DNA from: Terrimicrobiaceae bacterium
GTDB lineage: Bacteria; Verrucomicrobiota; Verrucomicrobiia; Chthoniobacterales; Terrimicrobiaceae
Direction of reading: 5' to 3'
DNA length: 64,000 nucleotides
NCBI GenBank assembly: GCA_044342325.1
Contig: JBIIPZ010000011.1
Span: 12,253 to 76,252, forward strand
The stretch's first letter is position 1, and each line of letters begins with the position of its first letter. The notes under the pieces are model-generated. The model searched no databases. It was not told where the DNA came from and saw nothing but the letters and a program-made list of their open reading frames with translations. Shown here in pieces: positions 9,583 to 17,742 of this stretch. Both the position numbers and the translations under genes were made by a program.

Positions 9583-10308
9583 CTATTGCTCCCGGCTCTC
9601 CAATGCCTTTGGGTATTCCTGACAGAGGTAGAATTCTCGAGGCTCATCCTCGACGATCTGAGGAAAACGAATCGCCCATTCCTCGAAGAAGACATTGTCA
9701 TTCCAATCGTCGCAGACGCTCGAGATTTCGCTGCTCAACGAGTAGCGACCGCCTTCGAATTCCCATCCGGTTCCCTCCTCCGCCCAGAACTGGTGAATTG
9801 TTCCCGGCGGGATGGTCAGGCTCTCGCCGGGCGTGAGGCGCACGATCTCGCGGGGTCCGAGGATTCGCATGCAGGCGTTGACTTGGATTGCAAATTTCTC
9901 ATCCGACCATCCTCCTTCGGGCGTGGCCTTGGTGAGTTGAACAAGAATGTTACCGCCATGGCGGCAGATGATGTCCTCGCGCTTCGAGCGGTGGAAGTGT
10001 GCCGGAGCGCGCTGGTTCTCGGGATCGATGAGAAGCTTCTCGGCGTAAGCCTTAGGATAGCGAGGATCGTTGGAGCGACCGTTGCGAAGCGTAAAAAGAA
10101 CGCGGCCGATGTTTTCAAAATCCCCGCTGCCAAAGTCGGTGACATCCCAACCGAGCATGCAGTCGCGAACCTCATTGTGCTCTGCGCCTGCCTTCTTCCA
10201 TTGATCAAGCGACCAATGGCCATAAGTCGGTAGGGCGAAGTGGAAGTGTTCCGCAACCTTGATGGCTGTGCGGAGGCTTTTGTTAATGGTGGAGCGTTTG
10301 AGTGGCAT
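9583..10308 (-). CDS. D-lyxose/D-mannose family sugar isomerase (cupin)
   Basis: LGWDVTDFG, FTLRNG, YAEK, PAHFHRSKREDI, PGESLTI, HQFW. Confidence 0.85.
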   Translation of the reverse strand: MPLKRSTINKSLRTAIKVAEHFHFALPTYGHWSLDQWKKAGAEHNEVRDCMLGWDVTDFGSGDFENIGRVLFTLRNGRSNDPRYPKAYAEKLLIDPENQRAPAHFHRSKREDIICRHGGNILVQLTKATPEGGWSDEKFAIQVNACMRILGPREIVRLTPGESLTIPPGTIHQFWAEEGTGWEFEGGRYSLSSEISSVCDDWNDNVFFEEWAIRFPQIVEDEPREFYLCQEYPKALESREQ

Positions 10309-10356
10309 GGATTGGTGTTAGTTTTATTTTTTAAGGGAGAGGGGTTATGGCGTCTG

Positions 10357-12198
10357 TTAAACTACTGCGGAGTTTTTACTCGCACACGCGTTCACGAGCA
10401 GGGCGCGGGTGTGAATCGCGACTTCGCTCACGCATGCCGACACAGCGGCTTCCGAAGCGCCATTGATGTCACGCAGGGCCGGATTGTAGCGCCCCCAACC
10501 GAACTGGCGCTCGTCGCCGCCGTCGCAGAGCACTCCATTGATCACAAACAGAATCAACTTCGGTCCACCGTCGATGATCACGCTGACATGATTCGTCTCG
10601 ACGGGGTCGAGAGAATCGGAGTCACTCGCCCATGAGCTAACAGTGCGTCCATCCGAGAGCATGACTTCGATCCGGCCGTTTGATATGGCCCGCAAGAAAA
10701 TCCCCGAGCCCTCTGCATTGCGGCTGTCGAAAAGGACTTCCCCTTCATCAGGAAGTCCGTCGATGGAGAACTCCAAGGTGACACCGGCACGGGGGTCTTT
10801 TGTTCCGCAAGTGAAAGACTGAATATCACGCTCAAGTAGGTTGGGCACCGGATTGAGAGGCATGTGCCAGGCGTCGTTCGCATGGCGCGAGGCATGCTGC
10901 GCCGGCTCAGATTTGCGGGCGGCAACACCATCGAACTGACTGAAAATCTGTTCCAGGAAATCCGGATCCAGAGCATGGATGCGGGCATTCATTTTATCCG
11001 TCTCGGTAAACCACACCTTTCCGTCCTGTTCGAGAAGGTCCGGATAACTCATGCGAACCATGTGATCGTCGTCGTAGAGCAGGATTTCTGGTTGCGTCCA
11101 TTCGAGCTCCTTGCCATTTGGCCCGTCGATTTCGCGGCCAGCGCTGATCCAAACCGGATTGCGGTCGTCGTAGGGCGAGCGACCATTTACTGGCGAGAGG
11201 CCATTCGGGAGGGAGGAATGACCACCCAAAGCACGAATGAAGGCCCCACCGTGATTGTGAAACCAGTAAAGGTAGCGACCACCCGAAAGCTTCCAGACAA
11301 AGTTGGCGGCGCGGGGATTTTTCATGCGGCGACCGCCGGGAGTGTAGGTCTTGTATTGTGGCGGCTCCCATGTGCGCCCGCCATCGCGGCTGTGCGTGTG
11401 GACCGGCCAACCATCCACGCTGCGGTAAACAGAATAAAGCGAACCATCGCTCAACTCGACCACACTGTGTTCCTCGGCAATTCGCCCACCTCCCGGCGGC
11501 GTGGTCAATCCGTGATCGCCATCCGGCAGCGTCTCGAAGCGGATTTTTTCGGGATCGGATTCTGTAAGGATGTTCGACGAGCAAATAAATGCCCCCTCGC
11601 TTTGAGCGAAGAAGCCGGCCCCCATCGCACCGACCTTGTGCAGTGGGATGACAACTTCGCCATTCGCTCGAACACAGGGACGGCCGACATTCCAAAAAAA
11701 CCGGACTTTGCCACCGTAAACATTGTTGCGGTCGCAAGCGAACTCGCGCACGGGAATCGTATGGCGCTTGGCCGACCAAGTCAGGCCGCCATCATCCGAG
11801 TATCGGAACACATAGTCGCCGAGCGAATCCACTCGCTGGAAGGCATCGCCATCCTCGGTCTGCACCTCGCGCACATTGTCCGTGTTGAAATTGTAGAAAC
11901 AATAAACCCGCCCGCCCGGCGTCACGAGTGCCACGGCGAAGGAGTTCTCAGGCGACCTGGCCGACTCCAACTTCACCGGCGCACTCCAGGTTTCCCCCTG
12001 ATCCGACGAGCGCATGGCAAAAACGCCCTGCGAGGAATCCCCCTCATGCCCATCCGCGCTTGTCACCACGCACAACCAAGATCCATCTTTGAGGATAACA
12101 ACATAAGGCTGGTCCGCATAACCAGGCTGGAGTGGCAATCGGACTCCCTGCGCAGCATGACGGCTATCGATATTTTTGAGACGTAAGGAAACTTTCAC
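10357..12198 (-). CDS. Sialidase-like BNR/Asp-box beta-propeller with C-terminal LamG/ConA-like domain
   Basis: Asp boxes SSDQGETW, SDDGGLTW, SRDGGRTW; YADQP and SYPD; C-terminal HVSVIIDG beta-sandwich pattern. Confidence 0.75.
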   Translation of the reverse strand: MKVSLRLKNIDSRHAAQGVRLPLQPGYADQPYVVILKDGSWLCVVTSADGHEGDSSQGVFAMRSSDQGETWSAPVKLESARSPENSFAVALVTPGGRVYCFYNFNTDNVREVQTEDGDAFQRVDSLGDYVFRYSDDGGLTWSAKRHTIPVREFACDRNNVYGGKVRFFWNVGRPCVRANGEVVIPLHKVGAMGAGFFAQSEGAFICSSNILTESDPEKIRFETLPDGDHGLTTPPGGGRIAEEHSVVELSDGSLYSVYRSVDGWPVHTHSRDGGRTWEPPQYKTYTPGGRRMKNPRAANFVWKLSGGRYLYWFHNHGGAFIRALGGHSSLPNGLSPVNGRSPYDDRNPVWISAGREIDGPNGKELEWTQPEILLYDDDHMVRMSYPDLLEQDGKVWFTETDKMNARIHALDPDFLEQIFSQFDGVAARKSEPAQHASRHANDAWHMPLNPVPNLLERDIQSFTCGTKDPRAGVTLEFSIDGLPDEGEVLFDSRNAEGSGIFLRAISNGRIEVMLSDGRTVSSWASDSDSLDPVETNHVSVIIDGGPKLILFVINGVLCDGGDERQFGWGRYNPALRDINGASEAAVSACVSEVAIHTRALLVNACASKNSAVV

Positions 12199-12243
12199 AG
12201 GGCCTATTTTCTTAGGCCCAATTCCTCAAACAAAGCCCAACCC

Positions 12244-12281
12244 GTTTAAGAAAATGGACATCTGTTTAAGAAAATGGACAT
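12244..12281 (-). promoter_or_regulatory. Tandem 18-bp direct repeat with 20-bp period, candidate AraC-family operator
   Basis: gtttaagaaaatggacat at 12244-12261 and 12264-12281, ~46 bp upstream of the first catabolic gene and downstream of the AraC gene. Confidence 0.65.
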
Positions 12282-12366
12282 TTCAGCCAAGAATGGCGGA
12301 ATGCGGAATTTTGCGAGTGTGTGCAGAGGCGTCTGGCAGCGGTTTCACGCTTTTCTTGACGAAATT

Positions 12367-12393
12367 TGGACCATGCGAGGACGATGGCGCTCC
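12367..12393 (-). repeat. GGAG-type REP-like element
   Basis: rc GGAGCGCCATCGTCCTCGCATGGTCCA; related copies at 13729, 13935, 13998, 52236, 52448, 62125, 62368. Confidence 0.75.
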
Positions 12394-12458
12394 AAGGGGC
12401 GAAGCGCCCCGAACTGAAAACTTAAGACTTACAAACTTAAAACTCCCCTAACCCGCTT

Positions 12459-13403
12459 CTATTTTGTAAAGCCCAGAGCAAAGGCAGTCGGTGTGATCTG
12501 AAACTCTTTTTTAAAGGCCATGGTGAGATGCGAGGAGGCGGAGAATCCGGATTCAATGGCTATGCTTTTTATGGAGCGGCCAGGATTTTCGACGATGAGG
12601 CGTTTGGAGTGCTCTAACCGGAGGCGCAAGATATGCCGGTGCGGGGTCTCTCCACAGTGTTGGAGAAAAAGACGCGTGAGATGCCGAAAGGTCACGCCAG
12701 CCAAGGATTCCAACTCACCAGCATCCAACTCGTGGACGAGGTTGTTTTGAATGAATGACTGCACACGCTCGAAGACCACGCGTCCTCGAAGCTGCAAATT
12801 TTCCTCGGTGTTCATTCCTTGGGGAAAGTTGCAGACAGGATCCAGCACACCAGTGACGAGCGCAGTGAGCAATGCGGTTGTGTGCGTCTGCGCGAAACCA
12901 AGATTCCGTGCGGATACTGCAATGTCGATAAGTTGGCGGGCTAACCAGGAGATCGTCTCGGACCGTGCAACGAGCGGTTTTTTTTGAACGCAGAAAGGCA
13001 GAGGCGTTTCCTCACCCTGTTCGTTGGTGACGCTCACATGGATGCCCAGCATGAATCCGCCAGTGGGACTCCGCCAACTGTGCGGAACCAGGGCGGGAAT
13101 CACAAGCGCTTGGCCAGACTTGAGAGTAGTCTTTGTTTTTTCGAACCCAAACTGAAAGCTTCCGAGCAACGGGATTTCGATTTGAATCTCGGCATGTTTG
13201 TGCGAACCAAATCCAGCACCCTTGCGGTAAAGCCCGCTTGCAATGTGGCATTGGGAGCAGCGCAGATGCAGTTCACCAACCTTGAACTCCCTCGCATTGA
13301 GAAAAGAGGACATGAGCATTCCATTCGTCCGCGCGACCCCAGCAGTCTTCCACAAGACGGCGTGCTTCCGTTTTGAAATAATGTCCATCGGCATTTGGTG
13401 CAT
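12459..13403 (-). CDS. AraC-family transcriptional regulator
   Basis: N-terminal cupin (HKHAEIQI, PALVPHSW); C-terminal double HTH (HLTRLF, IAIESGFSASSHLTMAFKKEFQITP); exact start uncertain. Confidence 0.9.
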   Translation of the reverse strand: MHQMPMDIISKRKHAVLWKTAGVARTNGMLMSSFLNAREFKVGELHLRCSQCHIASGLYRKGAGFGSHKHAEIQIEIPLLGSFQFGFEKTKTTLKSGQALVIPALVPHSWRSPTGGFMLGIHVSVTNEQGEETPLPFCVQKKPLVARSETISWLARQLIDIAVSARNLGFAQTHTTALLTALVTGVLDPVCNFPQGMNTEENLQLRGRVVFERVQSFIQNNLVHELDAGELESLAGVTFRHLTRLFLQHCGETPHRHILRLRLEHSKRLIVENPGRSIKSIAIESGFSASSHLTMAFKKEFQITPTAFALGFTK

Positions 13404-13728
13404 GAGAGGAGAAAAAATTACCGCTACAAGGAAAAATCAGAGGATTCACGATGTTTTTTGGAAACTTCTTCCTTCCGAGCTGAAAATCAGGCCATTTGAC
13501 TCAACGAAGACCCTCTTTTGTAGGCCTAAAGAAGTTGCCCCATTCTGAAAGGGAATCAAAAAAGTAGCCTTAATGTTAAACCCTTCATCATGAATTACCT
13601 CTACACTTTTAACATCACTCATTTCTTTGTTTTAAAAACAGCTATCCCGATTTACATGACAGATGTTCATTTAAAGCAAACACGTGTAGCAATTTTCAAA
13701 ACCGCTGTTCCCTCGGAGACAACTCCAT

Positions 13729-14180
13729 TCCTCGCATGACCCATTTTCAACCACGAATTGCTGGCAAATTTTACGAATAGGGAGCGGCTTCGCAGCAGAT
13801 TCTCCGTGTCGGTATTATTCGTGTTCAGTCGGGCTATTCGTGGTTCAAGGACATCCGGGCAGGATGAGCGGCAGGCGTGGTTTGGTTATCGAGGAGCTGG
13901 GAACGCGTGGCGTGGTAGCCGAGCGGTTCAGTCTTGGGTCAAGCCGGAGGTTGACCCTCCAAGGGTTTGTGCGCCGCCGCTCGGGTCGTGAAATTCGGGA
14001 GGGGCATCGTCCTCGCATGACCCATTTTCAACCACGAATTGCTGGCAAATTTTACGAATAGGGAGCGGCTTCGCCAAAAATTCTCCGTGTCGGTATTATT
14101 CGTGTTTATTCGGGCTATTCGTGGTTCAAGGACATCCGGGCGTCAACGGGAGGAATGGTTTGGTTATCGAGGAGCTGGAG
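13729..14180. repeat. Tandem imperfect duplication of ~170 bp (13729-13900 / 14010-14180, period 281 bp) with REP-like elements
   Basis: Both copies read tcctcgcatgacccattttcaaccacgaattgctggc...attcgtggttcaaggacatccgggc...ggtttggttatcgaggagctgg; internal inverted repeat aaccacgaat/attcgtggtt. Confidence 0.9.
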
Positions 14181-14766
14181 GGGCGCTCCAGACTTTGAGG
14201 ACCGGGGTTTCATGTTCGTAGCCTAGGAGGCTCCATCGACCGGTTTCGAGATTGAAGAAGCGGGCGGACTCGGGATTGAGGCCAAGCCAACGGGCGGTGA
14301 GCACGCGGAGGCAGTGGGCGTGGGCGACGAGGAGGGTGTCGCCACCGAATTCATGAACTTGCGCGATGACGCGGTCCACGCGCGCGGCGACATCCTGAGC
14401 GGTTTCCCCGCCGGGGCAAGGTTGTGTGAAAACAGTCCACCCCGGCACGGATTGGCGAATTTCCGCAGTGGTGAGGCCTTCGTATTTTCCGTAATTCCAC
14501 TCACAGAGTTCGTCGGTCTGGATGGCTGCCCCACCCCAGCCGACAAGATCGCAAGTCCGACGGGCTCGAAGGCGGGGACTGCATAGGACGAGTCCGAAGT
14601 TCCAATTTTTCAGAAATGGGGCGAGGGCGGCGGCGCTGCGCTCGCCTTCGGGCGTGAGAGGGAGATCCGTGACCGAGGTGTGACGACCAGTGAGGCTCCA
14701 CTCCGTTTCGCCATGGCGGATGAGCATGATGCGCTGACTGGTTTTTTTGGGAAATGATTCGGACAT
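14164..14766 (-). CDS. Histidine phosphatase family protein
   Basis: LIRHGETEW, SPRLRA, EWNYG, LVAHAH. Confidence 0.9.
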   Translation of the reverse strand: MSESFPKKTSQRIMLIRHGETEWSLTGRHTSVTDLPLTPEGERSAAALAPFLKNWNFGLVLCSPRLRARRTCDLVGWGGAAIQTDELCEWNYGKYEGLTTAEIRQSVPGWTVFTQPCPGGETAQDVAARVDRVIAQVHEFGGDTLLVAHAHCLRVLTARWLGLNPESARFFNLETGRWSLLGYEHETPVLKVWSAPPAPR

Positions 14767-14774
14767 GGAAGGAT

Positions 14775-15767
14775 TCAGGAGGTTTGAAGAGCGGTGAGGT
14801 CGCCGTCGATCCAGCGCGAGACAGCTGCGGTGATATCATCCGGCGATTCCATGGGAGCAAATGCCGATGCTTCGGGCAAAATCTCCATGCTCGCGCGTGG
14901 AAGATGGCGGCAGAGGTTCACAGCATCACTCGGGTGGAATCCAGCAGCCCTTGCGGGCCAGAGGATATGCACCGGTGCGAGAACGGATGAAAGGTGGCTG
15001 GACACATCAAAGCCGTGGCGTTTTTTGAAGAAATGAAAGATAGCGTGTTCGGCGCCATATTGTTGCGCACAGTTGACGAGAACGCTGAGGGTTTCGGGGG
15101 TTATTTTATCAGGATTGGCAAATCCGTAGGATTCCAGCCATGAGCGTATGAATGGCGCTTGGGCGATATGGCGACGGTAGATGAGCTGACTAACCCCAGG
15201 GACGCGGCTTCTGCGAACGAGCCCCATAGTGCGACACTTCTTTGAGTCACGGAGGTCGGTGGGGAGAAAGAGAACCATTCTGGAGACCAACTCGGGATGT
15301 CGTGCGGCGAGAAGAAGCGAAAGATTGGCACTCACGCCGCTGGCAATGAGAACCGCAGGTCTTTGAGGCACGACTTCTCGCAAAAACTCTGCGAGATACT
15401 CCACATGATCGGCGGCATCGACAGGCTTGGAAGGCCGCTCGGATTCTCCAAATCCGATGAGGTCGGGAGCAATGACTTCATGGTTGATGGCAGCTCTGGA
15501 GTAAACTTTCGACCACTCGTAGGAGGATGCTCCCAGAAAAAAACCATGAAGGAAGACAAGCGGCTCACCAGACCCGCTGACATGATAGACGAGCTCGCCT
15601 TGGGAAGTGGAAACGGACCGCGTCGCAAAGATTGCGGGGGAGATTTCATCTGGTATGACGCCGCGCGCCGTGCGCTGGCGGTGCTTCAAGGCGAGTGCCA
15701 AAGCCCCGAGAACGCCCATTCCGATTCCGAAACCGACAAAGGGGTTTCTCTTCCAGAGTGGGGACAT
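14775..15767 (-). CDS. Alpha/beta hydrolase fold protein with N-terminal membrane anchor
   Basis: FLHGF and PDLIGFGESERP motifs; nucleophile elbow degenerate (ASGVS) and no clear catalytic His. Confidence 0.75.
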   Translation of the reverse strand: MSPLWKRNPFVGFGIGMGVLGALALALKHRQRTARGVIPDEISPAIFATRSVSTSQGELVYHVSGSGEPLVFLHGFFLGASSYEWSKVYSRAAINHEVIAPDLIGFGESERPSKPVDAADHVEYLAEFLREVVPQRPAVLIASGVSANLSLLLAARHPELVSRMVLFLPTDLRDSKKCRTMGLVRRSRVPGVSQLIYRRHIAQAPFIRSWLESYGFANPDKITPETLSVLVNCAQQYGAEHAIFHFFKKRHGFDVSSHLSSVLAPVHILWPARAAGFHPSDAVNLCRHLPRASMEILPEASAFAPMESPDDITAAVSRWIDGDLTALQTS

Positions 15768-15826
15768 GGAACCGGAGTAGGTTGCCCGCCCGCGCTGCCG
15801 GGAGTGGCAGCGGGCGGACTAGGAAA

Positions 15827-16096
15827 CTACCAACTCGATTTCGTTACGCCGGGGATGAGACCGGAGGAAGCGAGTTCGCGGAAAGTGATACGAGAAATCT
15901 GAAACCGGCGAAGGAACGCGCGGCGGCGTCCGGAGATGCGGCAGCGGTTGACGAGCCGTGTTGGGCTTGCGTCGCGAGGAAGCTGAGTGAGAGAAGCGTA
16001 GTCTTTTTTAGCCTTCAATTCCGCGCGGAGAGCCGCATATTTTTCAACTGTTTTCTGTTTGCGCTTATTGCGCTCGAGCCATGCTGTTTTTGCCAT
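15827..16096 (-). CDS. rpsN: 30S ribosomal protein S14 (89 aa, zinc-independent type)
   Basis: MAKTAW...[19 protein letters not shown]...[23 protein letters not shown]; true start at 16096. Confidence 0.97.
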   Translation of the reverse strand: MAKTAWLERNKRKQKTVEKYAALRAELKAKKDYASLTQLPRDASPTRLVNRCRISGRRRAFLRRFQISRITFRELASSGLIPGVTKSSW

Positions 16097-16267
16097 AAAG
16101 GACGCGAAGAATATGATAAGATCGGAGCATTGCAAGTTTTTAAGCGGCAAATTTGCAAAAAATAAAAAATCGGCATCCAGGGACTTCGCGCATGCATCCG
16201 CCACTGGCGATCTCTCAGAAAACGAGGCAGGGCTTGGCAAACGCGTGACGGTTGTTAGCCTACCACG

Positions 16268-16906
16268 ATGAAAAACCGCGCACTTTCCGAAGCCACATGG
16301 ATTCTGGGGGCACTGGCAGCTGGATGGCTGATTTCGCTGGCCCTGCTGCCAGTGTTGTCGATCCTTTTTGCGGGATTGCTTTTGTTCACATTGTATTTTT
16401 TCCGCGACCCGGAGCGCGTGCCTGCGGGGGATGAGAATACGGCGGTGTCTGCAGCGGATGGAGTTGTCACGACGATTGACGAAGTGGAGGAGGGGGAATT
16501 CCTGAAAACCAAAGTGCGCCGCATCGGCATTTTTCTTTCGGTATTTGATGTGCATGTGAATCGGACTCCCATCGCTGGCGAAATCACGCACTCGGAGCCG
16601 AAGCCCGGCGGGTTTCTTGATGCACGCGATCCGCAGTCCTCGATTCTCAACCAGAGCCGCTCGTGGGTTATTTCAGGCCCGGCGGGCAAAGTCATGGTCA
16701 AGCAGATCACTGGCGCCATCGCGCGGCGCATCTGCCCGTGGGCTGTGGTCGGCGACAAATTGCAACGCGGCGAGAGATTCGGCATGATTCGTTTCGGGTC
16801 GCGAACCGAGATTTTCCTGCCAATGAACGCAGAGGTGTTGGTAAAGATCGGCGATCGTGTGCGCGGGGGAGAGACGCCTGTTGCGAGACTCCAAGCGCAA
16901 AGCTGA
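16268..16906 (+). CDS. psd: Phosphatidylserine decarboxylase proenzyme
   Basis: [26 protein letters not shown] self-cleavage motif. Confidence 0.93.
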   Translation: MKNRALSEATWILGALAAGWLISLALLPVLSILFAGLLLFTLYFFRDPERVPAGDENTAVSAADGVVTTIDEVEEGEFLKTKVRRIGIFLSVFDVHVNRTPIAGEITHSEPKPGGFLDARDPQSSILNQSRSWVISGPAGKVMVKQITGAIARRICPWAVVGDKLQRGERFGMIRFGSRTEIFLPMNAEVLVKIGDRVRGGETPVARLQAQS

Positions 16907-16915
16907 AGCCATCCC

Positions 16916-17728
16916 ATGCCATCTCCGAACGAGCCTAAAATCTACCTCTTGCCGAATCTCATGACGGCGGGAAACCTGTTCTGCGGGTTTGCGGCGACAT
17001 TGCGCATCATCGAGGCGGCGACTCTGGTAGCCAACGGGCACTCGGCCGGAACTCTCTACCACGAGGCCATTGCCTTCATTTTGGGGGCCTGTGTCTTTGA
17101 CCTGCTCGATGGACGCCTCGCCCGACTCGGCGGGCATGAAAGCCCATTCGGACGCGAGTTCGACTCGCTTGCCGACACGATTTCCTTCGGCATCGCTCCC
17201 GCGCTTCTTGTTTATCAGATCGTGCTGCGTGATTTTCAGCGGACAGGTTGGCTCATTGCTTTTTTCTTCCTGCTCTGCGGCACACTGCGCTTGGCGCGCT
17301 TCAATTGTGTCGCCGCAGCAAACGCCGATAAACCCGAGAAGGATTTCAGCGGCTTCCCTATACCAGCCGCGGCAGGCCTCATTGCATCTCTCACCCTTTT
17401 CATGCTCTGGCTGCAGGCGGATGATCGCACCATCGGACCGTGGAAAAACGCGCTGCCACCCTTGTTGATTTTTCTCTCCTTCATGATGTTCAGCCATGTG
17501 AAGTATCCGAGTTTCAAAAGTGTGAACTGGCGCACCCAGCGCTCGATCCCCGCCTTTCTGGGGCTCATTTTTCTGTTGGCATTCACCGCGATGAATTACC
17601 AGTGGATGCCGGCCGTTCTCTTTGTTTCGTTCCTCATTTACGGCTTCGTGCGTCCATTCATCTCGAAAGCCATTCGCAAGGAAATCGAAGAGGACGGAGC
17701 CGACGAACCAGAGACTCCCATCGTTTGA
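16916..17728 (+). CDS. pssA: CDP-diacylglycerol--serine O-phosphatidyltransferase
   Basis: LPNLMT, DLLDGRLAR...GREFDSLAD CDP-alcohol motif, RLARFN; adjacent to psd. Confidence 0.93.
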   Translation: MPSPNEPKIYLLPNLMTAGNLFCGFAATLRIIEAATLVANGHSAGTLYHEAIAFILGACVFDLLDGRLARLGGHESPFGREFDSLADTISFGIAPALLVYQIVLRDFQRTGWLIAFFFLLCGTLRLARFNCVAAANADKPEKDFSGFPIPAAAGLIASLTLFMLWLQADDRTIGPWKNALPPLLIFLSFMMFSHVKYPSFKSVNWRTQRSIPAFLGLIFLLAFTAMNYQWMPAVLFVSFLIYGFVRPFISKAIRKEIEEDGADEPETPIV

Positions 17729-17742
17729 AGTTTTCCTCTCTT

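Noticed and set aside
13729..14180. CRISPR array
   Set aside because: Only two long units, no short repeat with unique spacers, no cas genes
15827..16591. Long N-terminal extensions in the ORF track (S14 254 aa, HemB 492 aa, HIT 298 aa, LMF 660 aa, Rpn 410 aa)
   Set aside because: Extensions overlap neighbouring genes or repeats; homology starts at downstream start codons, so they are not real fusions
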